A DNA stretch of 64,000 bases from Candidatus Latescibacterota bacterium (GTDB lineage Bacteria > Latescibacterota > UBA2968 > GCA-2709665): assembly GCA_965219455.1 (NCBI GenBank), contig OZ244744.1:1056001-1120000 (forward strand). Direction: 5' to 3'. The notes under the pieces were generated by a model that was not told the origin of the DNA, did not search any database, and was given only the letters and a program-made list of their open reading frames with translations. Of the stretch, positions 9,743 through 19,661 are shown piece by piece. The position numbers were made by a program, and so were the translations under genes. Every line of letters begins with the position of its first letter. The stretch's first letter is position 1.

Positions 9743-12700
9743 ATGCCCTTGGAAAGCTTCCATCCCGTTGTCCGGCAGTGGTTTAATCAGAATTTCAACG
9801 ACCCGTCCGAAATTCAGTCTCTGGCCTGGCCTGAAATCCTGAATAGAAGAAATGTCCTGCTGTCCGCGCCGACGGGATCCGGGAAAACGCTCGCGGCATT
9901 TATGGCAGTCCTGAACGACCTGTTCGAGCGCCGTCTCGACGGCACGCTGGAGGACCGGACCCAGGTCGTCTATGTATCGCCCCTGAAGGCGCTCAGCAAC
10001 GATATCCATCGCAACCTGCAGGTCCCGCTCAAGGGCATAAAGGCGCTCCTGGAACAGAACGGTTACCCAAACGCGGACGTACGGGCGATGGTCCGGACCG
10101 GTGACACACCGGGCTCCGAACGGACAAAGATGGTACGGACGCCCCCCCACATCCTGGTGACCACACCGGAATCTCTCTACCTTCTCCTGACAAGCAACGG
10201 CGGACGGGAAATGCTGAGCAGCGCGGGCACGTTAATCGTGGATGAGATCCACGCCGTCGCCGGTAACAAACGCGGCGCCCACCTGTCCATTTCAATGGAG
10301 CGACTGGCGCGCCTCAGCCGGAACCCGGTCCACCGGATCGGTATCTCCGCCACCCAGAAGCCCATTGAGCGGATGGCGCATTTTCTCACCGGAACCGCAG
10401 AACCCTGCAAGATCCTCAACATCGGTCATCGGCGTGAGTTGGAACTGGACATCGAGTTGCCGGAATCGCCGCTCACGGCAGTGATGGCCAATGAAGTCTG
10501 GGAAGAGATCCATCAATCCCTGGAACGTACCATCACCGAACATCAGACCACCCTGATATTCGTACCCACGCGCTCCATGGCCGAACGCCTTTCGCATCAT
10601 CTGTCCGACCGGCTGGGGCCCGAAGTCGTCTCCGCCCACCACGGGAGCATGTCCCGCGAAAAACGCCTGGACGCGGAGACGAGGCTCAAGGCCGGCGCCC
10701 TGAGTGCCCTGGTGGCCACCGGATCTCTCGAACTGGGCATCGACGTGGGATCCATCGATCTGGTTGTTCAAATCGGATCCCCCAAGGCCATCGCCACGCT
10801 GCTTCAGCGCGTTGGCCGTTCCGGCCACACCCTCGAGGGAACCCCGAGCGGGAAGCTGTATCCGCTCACCAAAGATGAATTGGTCGAAGCCGTGGCGCTG
10901 CTGGACAGTGTCCGCAGGGGCGAACTGGACAAACTTCCCTTTCCCGAGAAACCGCTGGACGTGCTCGCCCAGCAGATCGTGGCTGAGGTCGCGAGTGAGG
11001 ACAGCACGTCGGAAGCGCTCTACGACCTCGTCCGAAAATCGTCCATCTATCAAAATCTAAGCATTGAAGAATTCAACGGCGTCGTCCAGATGCTGGTGGA
11101 GGGATTCACATTCAGGCGGGGTACGCGGCGGTCCTACCTCCACTTCAATCCGGTCACGCGGACACTGAGGGCCAAAAAAGGCGCCCGTCTCAACGCGATC
11201 GTCTCGGGAGGAACCATCCCCGACCAGTTCGACTATGACGTGCGCCTGGAACCATCCGGCGTTCAGATCGGCTCCGTGCACGAAGATTTCGCCGTCGAGA
11301 GCCTTCCTGGCGACATTTTTCAGCTGGGCACCGCTTCGTGGCGAATCCTCAAGGTGGAAACCGGAAAGGTGCGCGTCGAAGACGCCGACGGCCTTCCCCC
11401 CACAATGCCGTTCTGGATCGGCGAAGCCCCCGGCAGATCCGCGGAACTCTCAACGTCGGTCTCCCGTGTCCGCGAAGAAGTGGCTGCGAGAATAAACATC
11501 GATGAACTGGACGACAACGGATCCGGAGAATGGAAAACGGATGCCGCCGCCTGGCTGACGGACGAGGTCGGCGCAAGCGCGGAGGCGGCCGATCAGGTGG
11601 TCACGTACCTGGCTGCCACAAAGGCATCTCTGGACCTGGTACCGTCGCAGAAGCACATCGTTCTTGAGCGTTTCTTCGACGAGGTGGGCGACCAGCACCT
11701 CGTCATCCATTCGGTCTTCGGAAACCGGTTGAACCGGGCGTGGGGGCTCGCCCTTCGAAAACGATTCTGCCGAAAGTTCAACTTCGAACTCCAGGCGGCG
11801 GCGAACGAAGAGAGCCTGGTGCTCTCCCTCGGGCCCACGCACAGTTTCCCTCTTGAGGAAGTGGTCGGCTATCTGAACGACCGGACGGTTCGCGAGGTTC
11901 TCGTACAGGCCCTGCTGGATGCGCCGATGTTCCAGGCGCGGTGGCGCTGGAACGCCTGCACGGCGCTGGCTGTGCTCCGGCGCCGGGGCGGAGAACGCGT
12001 TCCGCCTCAGATCCAGCGTTCCGATGCCGAGGACCTGCTGGCCCTGATATTCCCTGACCAGCTCGCCTGCCTGGAAAACATCCCGGGCGACCGCGAGGTG
12101 CCTGACCATCCCCTCGTATACCAGACCGTTCACGACTGCCTCCACGAGGCGATGGACGTGGATGCCCTGGAAAGTCTCCTTCACCGGATTCACACAGGGG
12201 AAGTCGAAGTGTCGGCTCGTGATCTCCGTGAACCTTCCCCCATGTCCGAGAGCATTCTCAACGCGCGGCCGTATGCGTTCCTGGATGACGCGCCACTTGA
12301 GGAAAGGCGGGTACAGGCCGTCAGAACACGCAGGCGGCTCGAACCCGCGGACGCCAGGAAGCTGGGCAAGCTGGAGCAAGGTGCGATCGATGCGGTGAAG
12401 GAGGAGGCCTGGCCAGCGGTTACGGACGCGGATGAATTGTATGACGTTCTGGTGATGCACGGGTTCCTGACCGACGCGGAAATTGTGGAAAGCGGCGATG
12501 GAACGTGGCGCCCGCTCCTGGCGTCGCTCGTGGAATCGGGTCAGGCGGTACCCGTCGACCCGAGGGACGGACCGAAACTCTGGATCGCCGTGGAGAGGAT
12601 TCCGCAATTCGAGGTTCTGTACGGTGAAGCCGTCGGACGCTGCGCAACGGCAGTGCAGGACTCCTTCCGGGCATTTTCATCTGAAGACCCGGGACAGGTA

Positions 12701-14074
12701 CTCGCGGACGTGGTCAGGGGAAGGATAGAGCTGCTGGGGCCCACAACCGCGTCCCGAATCGCAAGGGATATGGGCCTTTCCACGCAGCGGATCGACCAGG
12801 CGCTTCACGCACTGGAATCCGAGGGCTTCGCGATCAGAGGCCACTTCTCCCCGGACCTGCCCTCCGACGCCGAAACGGAATGGTGCGAGCGCCGCCTGCT
12901 GGCGCGAATCCACAGGTATACCCTCGAAAAGCTGCGCCGGGCAATCAAACCCATCTCCTCGTCGGACTACGTGCGGTTTCTTCTCCGTTGGCACAGCCTC
13001 ACCGAGGGCACCCGGAAAGAAGGCCCCGAAGCGCTTCAGGAGGTTCTGGATCAACTCGACGGATTTTCCTGTCCAGCCATCGCGTGGGAGAGCGACGTCC
13101 TACCTTCGCGCGTCAAGGACTACGACCATTTATGGCTGGATACCTGTTGTTTATCGGGGAAAACCATGTGGGGCCGTTATCTCAGGACACAAAGCGTCAG
13201 GGCGGGAAATACCCCTATCCGCACCACGCCGATCACCCTGGTCAATCGGACCACCTTCGCGGCCTGGCCGTTCCGCCCTGCGGAGTCTGGCGCGCCGGTC
13301 CTGACCCCGTCCGCGCAAACGGTACTCGAGTGTCTGAAAGCCGGCGGTGCGCTGTTTTACCACGACATCTTCGCCAGGTCGAAAATGCTCAGGAGTGAAA
13401 TCGAGAGCGCCATCGCCGAATTGGTGGCGGCAGGATTGCTCACGTGCGATAGCTTTGCGGGGTTGCGGGCGCTTCTGATTCCGGAGAAATTCAAGGTGCG
13501 GTCCCGGCGGAATCGGGGGCCGGTCTTCGGCATGGAGCAGGCCGGCCGGTGGTCCCTGATCGAACCCGACTTCGAAGATCAGGCCGATATCGAACAATGC
13601 GCACGAATACTGCTGAAACGTTACGGTGTTGTCTTCAGACGGGTACTGGCCAGAGAGAACGGCATACCGCCCTGGCGCGATCTGGTACGGGTCTTGCGGC
13701 GGATGGAGGACCGAGGCGAGGTCCGGGGAGGCCGATTCGTGGAGAGATGGGGAGAGCAGTACGCACTTCCAGAGGCGATTACCGTCATCCGGTCCCTGAA
13801 ACGGGAGAAGAGACGGGGCGAACTCGTATCGGTCAGCGCCTGCGATCCGGTCAACCTGGTCGGTGTCGTCACACCGGGCCGGCGCATCCCGGCGATTCCC
13901 GGCAACCGGATCCTCTTTCGCGACGGGGAACCCGTCGCCCGGTACGAAGGTAAATCGGTTCATTTCGAGAAGAAGCTCGACGCGGAAATGGCCTGGACGC
14001 TGGAGAAAAGCCTGATACGAAAGCACGTTCCGCCCAAGCTCAGGGAATACCTGGGGAAAATCGTACTTCCGTAA
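9743..14074 (+). CDS. lhr: Lhr-family ATP-dependent DEAD/DEAH-box helicase
   Basis: Motifs APTGSGKT, YVSPLKAL, TTPESL, DEIH, SAT, HHGS, LELGID and QRVGRSGH. 1443 aa, with the C-terminal LLKRYGVV..RGGRFV domain. Confidence 0.93.
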   Translation: MPLESFHPVVRQWFNQNFNDPSEIQSLAWPEILNRRNVLLSAPTGSGKTLAAFMAVLNDLFERRLDGTLEDRTQVVYVSPLKALSNDIHRNLQVPLKGIKALLEQNGYPNADVRAMVRTGDTPGSERTKMVRTPPHILVTTPESLYLLLTSNGGREMLSSAGTLIVDEIHAVAGNKRGAHLSISMERLARLSRNPVHRIGISATQKPIERMAHFLTGTAEPCKILNIGHRRELELDIELPESPLTAVMANEVWEEIHQSLERTITEHQTTLIFVPTRSMAERLSHHLSDRLGPEVVSAHHGSMSREKRLDAETRLKAGALSALVATGSLELGIDVGSIDLVVQIGSPKAIATLLQRVGRSGHTLEGTPSGKLYPLTKDELVEAVALLDSVRRGELDKLPFPEKPLDVLAQQIVAEVASEDSTSEALYDLVRKSSIYQNLSIEEFNGVVQMLVEGFTFRRGTRRSYLHFNPVTRTLRAKKGARLNAIVSGGTIPDQFDYDVRLEPSGVQIGSVHEDFAVESLPGDIFQLGTASWRILKVETGKVRVEDADGLPPTMPFWIGEAPGRSAELSTSVSRVREEVAARINIDELDDNGSGEWKTDAAAWLTDEVGASAEAADQVVTYLAATKASLDLVPSQKHIVLERFFDEVGDQHLVIHSVFGNRLNRAWGLALRKRFCRKFNFELQAAANEESLVLSLGPTHSFPLEEVVGYLNDRTVREVLVQALLDAPMFQARWRWNACTALAVLRRRGGERVPPQIQRSDAEDLLALIFPDQLACLENIPGDREVPDHPLVYQTVHDCLHEAMDVDALESLLHRIHTGEVEVSARDLREPSPMSESILNARPYAFLDDAPLEERRVQAVRTRRRLEPADARKLGKLEQGAIDAVKEEAWPAVTDADELYDVLVMHGFLTDAEIVESGDGTWRPLLASLVESGQAVPVDPRDGPKLWIAVERIPQFEVLYGEAVGRCATAVQDSFRAFSSEDPGQVLADVVRGRIELLGPTTASRIARDMGLSTQRIDQALHALESEGFAIRGHFSPDLPSDAETEWCERRLLARIHRYTLEKLRRAIKPISSSDYVRFLLRWHSLTEGTRKEGPEALQEVLDQLDGFSCPAIAWESDVLPSRVKDYDHLWLDTCCLSGKTMWGRYLRTQSVRAGNTPIRTTPITLVNRTTFAAWPFRPAESGAPVLTPSAQTVLECLKAGGALFYHDIFARSKMLRSEIESAIAELVAAGLLTCDSFAGLRALLIPEKFKVRSRRNRGPVFGMEQAGRWSLIEPDFEDQADIEQCARILLKRYGVVFRRVLARENGIPPWRDLVRVLRRMEDRGEVRGGRFVERWGEQYALPEAITVIRSLKREKRRGELVSVSACDPVNLVGVVTPGRRIPAIPGNRILFRDGEPVARYEGKSVHFEKKLDAEMAWTLEKSLIRKHVPPKLREYLGKIVLP

Positions 14075-14375
14075 ACCTCCTCGCGTGCGTTGCCTGCGCT
14101 GCCTGTGCTGCTTGCGTTGAGCTTGTCGAAACGACCTTGTCAAAACGCGCACGCAGACCTTCGGCAGGCCGCAGGCGACTTGCGATCCGTGCGACTCGCC
14201 GGCCGAATTCCGGTCGTCAATTTCCAGGTCGGAACGCGGGCAGTTCAATTCACTTCCCAATTCTCCCCGTAAACCCGATTGACGGTCCTTGAATTATCGA
14301 TTTCTTCGGGCAGAAAAAGATAAATTCCTTATATTAGGGAAAATAACTGTAGCAATTTGCGACACTGGCGAATAG

Positions 14376-14951
14376 ATGGGAGATCTTCACATGGCGATGG
14401 CGGAATTCGCTCGTCTACAGAGCTGTGTCAGACCAGCCACGGAGCGCGAGTTACACGAGCGCGCCGAACGCAACCGCGAATGGAACACCCTTATCGAGGA
14501 GGGGGTCTGCCATACCTGCCAGTATATTGCCCGGGGTGAAGCCACGTCGAACGGTAACGACGAATTGCTGCTCGACGACGAGCGATGTTTCGCGATTCTC
14601 GAGCGATATCCGCGCGGTCTGGGTCACACGATCGTGATCGCCAAACCACACGTCCCGGATATCGCCGGGCTGTCGGACGGGTTCGGCAGTGAGTTGATGA
14701 CGACTATGCTCCGGCTGACCCGGGCGCTGAAGGCGGTTACCGGCTGCGAAAAAGTCTATCAGGTCACCATGTGTTCCGGAAAGGTGTCCCACCTGCACTT
14801 TCAGTTGTTACCGAGACTCCCCGGCGAACAGATCGGCGGCGGCGTCTTTTCGAGCACCCGCCAGTATCTGGCTTCGGCGGAACCCCTGGCGGGTGCCATC
14901 AGAACGGCACTTGCCTGCGCGCCGGGCACGGACGGCGGGCGTGGCGCCTGA
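14376..14951 (+). CDS. HIT-family nucleotide hydrolase/transferase
   Basis: Motifs CHTC, GHTIVIAKPH and VSHLHFQLLPR. The start may be 14391. Confidence 0.8.
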   Translation: MGDLHMAMAEFARLQSCVRPATERELHERAERNREWNTLIEEGVCHTCQYIARGEATSNGNDELLLDDERCFAILERYPRGLGHTIVIAKPHVPDIAGLSDGFGSELMTTMLRLTRALKAVTGCEKVYQVTMCSGKVSHLHFQLLPRLPGEQIGGGVFSSTRQYLASAEPLAGAIRTALACAPGTDGGRGA

Positions 14952-15110
14952 ACCACCTGGCGAAGTGACGGCATATTTTCTCGAAAAAACACGTGCTGCG
15001 GACTCCCTCCGGATGCCGAGCCAATTCATATACTGCAAGGTATCCCCGTTAACTTCCGTCCGCCATACTCAAACCCGAAATTCCAACTTTCAAACGTAAG
15101 GAGAGAGTTT

Positions 15111-17993
15111 ATGACATCCGCAAGAACGCTCCTGACCCTGCTGCTCTGCTTCGTCGCACCCGCCTTCGCGCAGGGAACGGGCTCCATTAAGGGACAAATC
15201 ACCGGTGCGGAGGGCGATGCTCTGTACGGCGCCAACGTCATTGTCCAGAGCGCTGCTCTACAGGCTCCCATCAAGGTCGTCTCCGGCGTGAACGGCATGT
15301 ACGAGGCCGCAGGTTTGTCGGACGGCGTCTATGAAGTCTCCGTTTCTTTCGTCGGATACGAGACCGCGACCCGGAGCAACGTCCGGATATCCGACGGCGG
15401 CGGGATCGACCTCGACTTCAGTCTGGACGTCGAGGTTCTTTATGGAGACCAGATCATCGTTTCCGCGTCCCGCCGGCGGGAAAAAGTCCTGGACGCGCCG
15501 GCCTCGGTCGCGGTCGTTGAATCCGACGCCGTGCAGGCTCAGCGCGGTTTGAGCGCCGCGGATTACATCGTGGGGCTTGCGGGCGTGGACAACGCCCAGA
15601 CCGGCCTCGTCCAGGCCAACACCGTCACGCGCGGCTTCAACAACGTGTTCTCCGGAACACTGCTTACACTGGTGGACAACCGGATTACGCGCGTGCCTTC
15701 CCTGCGGTTCAACGCCCATCACTTCATTCCCGTTACAAACCACGACATCGAACGCGTCGAAGTCGTCCTGGGTCCCGGGTCGGCCCTTTACGGGCCAAAC
15801 AGCGCAAATGGCGTGATGCACATCATCACCCGGTCGCCCTTCGGCTCCGAAGGCACGTCTGTCAGCGTCATGGGCGGCGAACGCGACCTGCGAAAACTCT
15901 CCTTCCGGCACGCCGCCTCAACCGAAAAGGTCGGCGTCAAACTGTCCGGCCAGTACTTTTCCGGAACGGACTGGGAATACGAAGACCCGGAGGAGGTGCG
16001 GCTGCGCGGCAGGAATCCCAGAGACTACGATGTGAGCCGCATCAGCGGGGAACTGCGACTCGACGTTCGTCCAACCGAGGATCTCACGGGGATCCTTTCC
16101 GCCGGCTTTGCGCGGATCAACAGTATCGAAATGACGGGTATCGGCGGAGGTCAGGCAGACGGATGGGCCAATTACTCCCTCCAGGGTCGCCTGCTTTTCA
16201 AGGACATATTCATTCAGGCCTTTCACAACGGCAGCAACGCCGGGGATACCAAACTCCTGCGGACAAACGCGCTCATCGTGGACAAGTCCTCCTTTACGGT
16301 CCTGCAGGCCCAGCATAGCTTTAGCCTGGAAGACCGTAACCTGATTACCTACGGGATCGACGCCCTGTTCACGCGCCCGAATACAGGTGGTACCATCACC
16401 GGTTCCAATGAAACCCGCGACGATATCAACGAACTCGGGGTCTACGTGCAGGGCGAGAGCACCCTTAACGAGTATCTGACGCTGGTAGCGGCCGCCCGGT
16501 ACGACGACCACAACCACGTTGACGAGCGGGTCTTCTCGCCAAGGGCCGCCGTCGTTCTCAAACCCAATCCGTTGCAGACCGTCCGGTTCACCTACAACCG
16601 GGCGTTCGGCACGCCTTCCACAAACAACCTCTTCCTGGACGTCGCCCAGGCCAGGGACGCCTTCGGTACGGGTCGCGCCTTTCAACCGGTCCTGGGATTC
16701 AGCCCGAGCTTCGATATCCGCGCACAGGGAACCGAGGATGGATTCACCTTCAGCAGGGATGCCAGCGGCGTTCCTTATTTCCGTTCGCCCTTCGCTCAGG
16801 TTATCGGCCTGTCGCCTTCACACCAGATCGGGATGAACGACGCACGTTTCAGCAACGTGATGTGGGGTATCGGGCGAAGCGCCGTGATGGCTGCGGCGCT
16901 GCCATCACTAAAGGCGAAGGCAACGGAACTGATGACCGCACTACTCACGGCCGCCGGGGTCCCCCCGGAACAGATTCCGGCCATGGCGGCCCAGCGGGTG
17001 GAGGGGCTCGCGGTCGCTTTTCAGAATATCATTCCGCAGACCCTTCCAGGCCTGAGGAACACGCTCCGGGTTCTGAACCCCTCGACTGCAGCCTTCGACC
17101 CGGTTGCGGACCTGGGAGCGTCGACCGTACGGGACATCGACAAAATCAGACCCACGATTACGGAAACCTATGAAGTGGGTTACAAGGGCATCTTTGTGAA
17201 CCGTTTCGTGCTTGCGGCCGATGTCTACCGTACCCGCACCCACGACTTTGTCGGTCCACTGCGCGTGGAAACGCCCAACGTATTCCTGGATCCAGCCGCT
17301 CTTTCTACTTCACTGTCCGCCGCTATCGCGCAGGCCCTTCAACACCCGTCCGCGGCCGCACTGGCCGGGGCGCTTGCGTTTCTGGATTCTCCTGGAGAGG
17401 GCGGCAACGGCAACAACACCCCCGTAGACGAACTCACGCGTCTCTTTGTGGCAGGCACGGATAACAACGGCGCTGCATTCATCCCCTTCGGCACCGTGTC
17501 GCCCTTGCAATCCTCCGATCCAAACGCGATCATGTTGACCTACCGCAACTTCGGCGACGTCGACTTTTACGGCGTGGACGTCAGCGTCGCCTACTACGCG
17601 GATGACACGTGGACGTTTTCGGGCAGCTATTCACACGTCAACAAGGACCTGTTCAAGAATCTGGGCGGTATCGCGGACATCGCGCTCAATGCCCCGCGCA
17701 ACAAATTCACGCTCGGCGCGACCGCCAAAATGCAGGATTCCGGGGTCCGGTTCGGGTTTCGCCTCCGTGGCCGTAGCGGGTTCCCGATGAACTCGGGTGT
17801 CTACATCGGCAACGTCAATTCCTCCCTGGTCTTCGACGCGAACGTGAGGTACGAACTGCCGTCCATGGTTACGGATGGAACCGTCGCGCTCAAAGTGAAC
17901 GCATCCAACATGTTCAACCAGAAACACCGTGAATTCGTCGGAGCCCCCGAAATCGGTCGGCTCTTATCCGTCGGCCTGACGGCGGATTTCTAG
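15111..17993 (+). CDS. TonB-dependent receptor with N-terminal carboxypeptidase-regulatory-like domain
   Basis: Signal peptide, plug motifs VSASRRREKVLDAPASV and IERVEVVLGPGSALYG, terminal Phe, and AGGAG RBS. Confidence 0.93.
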   Translation: MTSARTLLTLLLCFVAPAFAQGTGSIKGQITGAEGDALYGANVIVQSAALQAPIKVVSGVNGMYEAAGLSDGVYEVSVSFVGYETATRSNVRISDGGGIDLDFSLDVEVLYGDQIIVSASRRREKVLDAPASVAVVESDAVQAQRGLSAADYIVGLAGVDNAQTGLVQANTVTRGFNNVFSGTLLTLVDNRITRVPSLRFNAHHFIPVTNHDIERVEVVLGPGSALYGPNSANGVMHIITRSPFGSEGTSVSVMGGERDLRKLSFRHAASTEKVGVKLSGQYFSGTDWEYEDPEEVRLRGRNPRDYDVSRISGELRLDVRPTEDLTGILSAGFARINSIEMTGIGGGQADGWANYSLQGRLLFKDIFIQAFHNGSNAGDTKLLRTNALIVDKSSFTVLQAQHSFSLEDRNLITYGIDALFTRPNTGGTITGSNETRDDINELGVYVQGESTLNEYLTLVAAARYDDHNHVDERVFSPRAAVVLKPNPLQTVRFTYNRAFGTPSTNNLFLDVAQARDAFGTGRAFQPVLGFSPSFDIRAQGTEDGFTFSRDASGVPYFRSPFAQVIGLSPSHQIGMNDARFSNVMWGIGRSAVMAAALPSLKAKATELMTALLTAAGVPPEQIPAMAAQRVEGLAVAFQNIIPQTLPGLRNTLRVLNPSTAAFDPVADLGASTVRDIDKIRPTITETYEVGYKGIFVNRFVLAADVYRTRTHDFVGPLRVETPNVFLDPAALSTSLSAAIAQALQHPSAAALAGALAFLDSPGEGGNGNNTPVDELTRLFVAGTDNNGAAFIPFGTVSPLQSSDPNAIMLTYRNFGDVDFYGVDVSVAYYADDTWTFSGSYSHVNKDLFKNLGGIADIALNAPRNKFTLGATAKMQDSGVRFGFRLRGRSGFPMNSGVYIGNVNSSLVFDANVRYELPSMVTDGTVALKVNASNMFNQKHREFVGAPEIGRLLSVGLTADF

Positions 17994-18083
17994 TACTCAG
18001 GCAAAGACAGCGATCAGCAGGTAGCTCAACGGCGGTTTGTGCTACGGATCGGCGATGTCAACCAGCGATATCCGCGCCATTTC

Positions 18084-18110
18084 AGGGGCAACCACAAGGG
18101 TTGCCCCTAC
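18084..18110. repeat. GTAG-family REP
   Basis: AGGGGCAACC ACAAG GGTTGCCCCTAC palindrome. Confidence 0.75.
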
Positions 18111-18152
18111 AACTTCCATGGCAGCCCGGGGAACACGTCGAATAGACTAAAC

Positions 18153-19427
18153 TTGAATAAAATTGACAAAAAAGCCGTCGCGTCATGGGCAATGTACGAC
18201 TTTGCCAACTCCGCCTTCACCACCCTCGTGGTTACCTTTGTCTATTCCACTTACTTTGTAAAATCCCTCGCGCCGGACGAAATCATCGGCACCACCCTGT
18301 GGTCCAGAGGCGTCACGTTTTCCGCCATCGCCGTGGCGCTGTTCTCACCCCTTACCGGCGCCATTGCGGACCGCGGCGGGTTCCGGAAGGGTTTCCTCCT
18401 TTTCTCTACGATCATCGCGGTCATTGCCACCACCGGCCTGTACACCGCATTACCGGGCCAGGTCGTCAAGGCCCTGCTCTGGTTTGTCGTGGCGAACTTC
18501 GCCTTTGAAATGGGAAACGTCTTCTACAACGCCTTTCTGCCGGACATCGCGCCGCGGAAATACATTGGCCGCATTTCCGGGTACGGGTGGGGGCTGGGCT
18601 ACATAGGCGGTCTGCTGGCGATGGGCATCGCCATGATTGGATTTGTCAGCCCGGAAACGCCGTGGTTCGGTATCACAAGAGATGCCGGCGCGAATATCCG
18701 GGCAACCAATCTGCTCGTCGCCGTCTGGTTCACGGTTTTCAGCGTCCCCATCTTCCTCTGGGTTCAAGAAAAAAAATCCCGCGCGACCCGAACGCGCGGG
18801 ATCCTGTCGGCCTCCTATCGCCAACTCGCCAGGACGTTTCGGGAGGCCGGTCAATATCGGGAAATTATCAAGTTGCTTATCGCCCGTCTCGTCTACAATG
18901 ACGGACTCATCACCATATTCGCCTTCGGCGGCATTTACGCGGCAGGCACGTTCGGTTTCACGTTCAACGAAATCATGGTCTTCGGCATCGTCCTGAACGT
19001 CTCCGCGGGAACCGGAGCATTTGCGCTGGGCTTCCTCGACGACCGCTTGGGCGGTAAACGCACCATTCAGATCAGCCTCCTCTTTCTCCTCGTGGCGACG
19101 TTGATGGCCGTCTTCACCCACAGCAATACCGTCTTCTGGATTTCCGGCATCATGGCAGGGTTTTTTGCCGGGCCGAACCAGTCGGCCAGCCGGTCGCTCC
19201 TGGGTCGATTTGTCCCGCCGGAAAAGGAGAACGAGTTTTTCGGGCTATTCGCCTTTTCAGGCAAAGCCACGGCCTTTATTGGCCCTCTTGCCCTGGGCGA
19301 ACTCACCCGCGCCTTTCAGTCCCAAAGGGTCGGCATCTCGATCGTGGCGGTGCTGTTCGTCGTGGGTAGTCTGATTCTACGACGGGTTGACGAAAGAGAA
19401 GGCGTACGCGCCGCCGGGCGGCCCTAG
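18153..19427 (+). CDS. MFS transporter, UMF1/ATG22-like family
   Basis: Motifs SWAMYDFANSAF, GAIADR, FYNAFLP, GRISGYGWGLGYIGG and QSASRS. TTG 18153 is preferred as start because the longer ORF runs through a REP. Confidence 0.88.
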   Translation: MNKIDKKAVASWAMYDFANSAFTTLVVTFVYSTYFVKSLAPDEIIGTTLWSRGVTFSAIAVALFSPLTGAIADRGGFRKGFLLFSTIIAVIATTGLYTALPGQVVKALLWFVVANFAFEMGNVFYNAFLPDIAPRKYIGRISGYGWGLGYIGGLLAMGIAMIGFVSPETPWFGITRDAGANIRATNLLVAVWFTVFSVPIFLWVQEKKSRATRTRGILSASYRQLARTFREAGQYREIIKLLIARLVYNDGLITIFAFGGIYAAGTFGFTFNEIMVFGIVLNVSAGTGAFALGFLDDRLGGKRTIQISLLFLLVATLMAVFTHSNTVFWISGIMAGFFAGPNQSASRSLLGRFVPPEKENEFFGLFAFSGKATAFIGPLALGELTRAFQSQRVGISIVAVLFVVGSLILRRVDEREGVRAAGRP

Positions 19428-19491
19428 AAAGGACGCCTTTCTGGGGAGGATTCAGAGGGCGTGGATCGAATTCCTTGCAGACAACAGCAAT

Positions 19492-19519
19492 GTAGGGGCA
19501 ACCCATGCGTTGCCCCTAC
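19492..19519. repeat. GTAG-family REP
   Basis: GTAGGGGCAAC CCATGC GTTGCCCCTAC palindrome. Confidence 0.8.
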
Positions 19520-19661
19520 GGCACCACCCGCGTCCAACGCCCGCTTCATTGAGAAACCGGCGGGTGATTGCGTCGTACAGCTGCGACTGATGAATCAACC
19601 GTTCCTCTTCCTCCTTGCTGCGTCCCATCGTGTATCTCGCGTCGCTTGTCTGCTCGTCCAT
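19520..19661 (-). pseudogene. N-terminal remnant of a SAM-dependent methyltransferase, truncated at a REP
   Basis: GGAGG RBS. YTMGRSKEEEERLIHQSQLYDAITRRFLNEAGVG resembles the segment that normally precedes the G.RVLDVG motif; the similarity ends at the REP. Confidence 0.6.
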
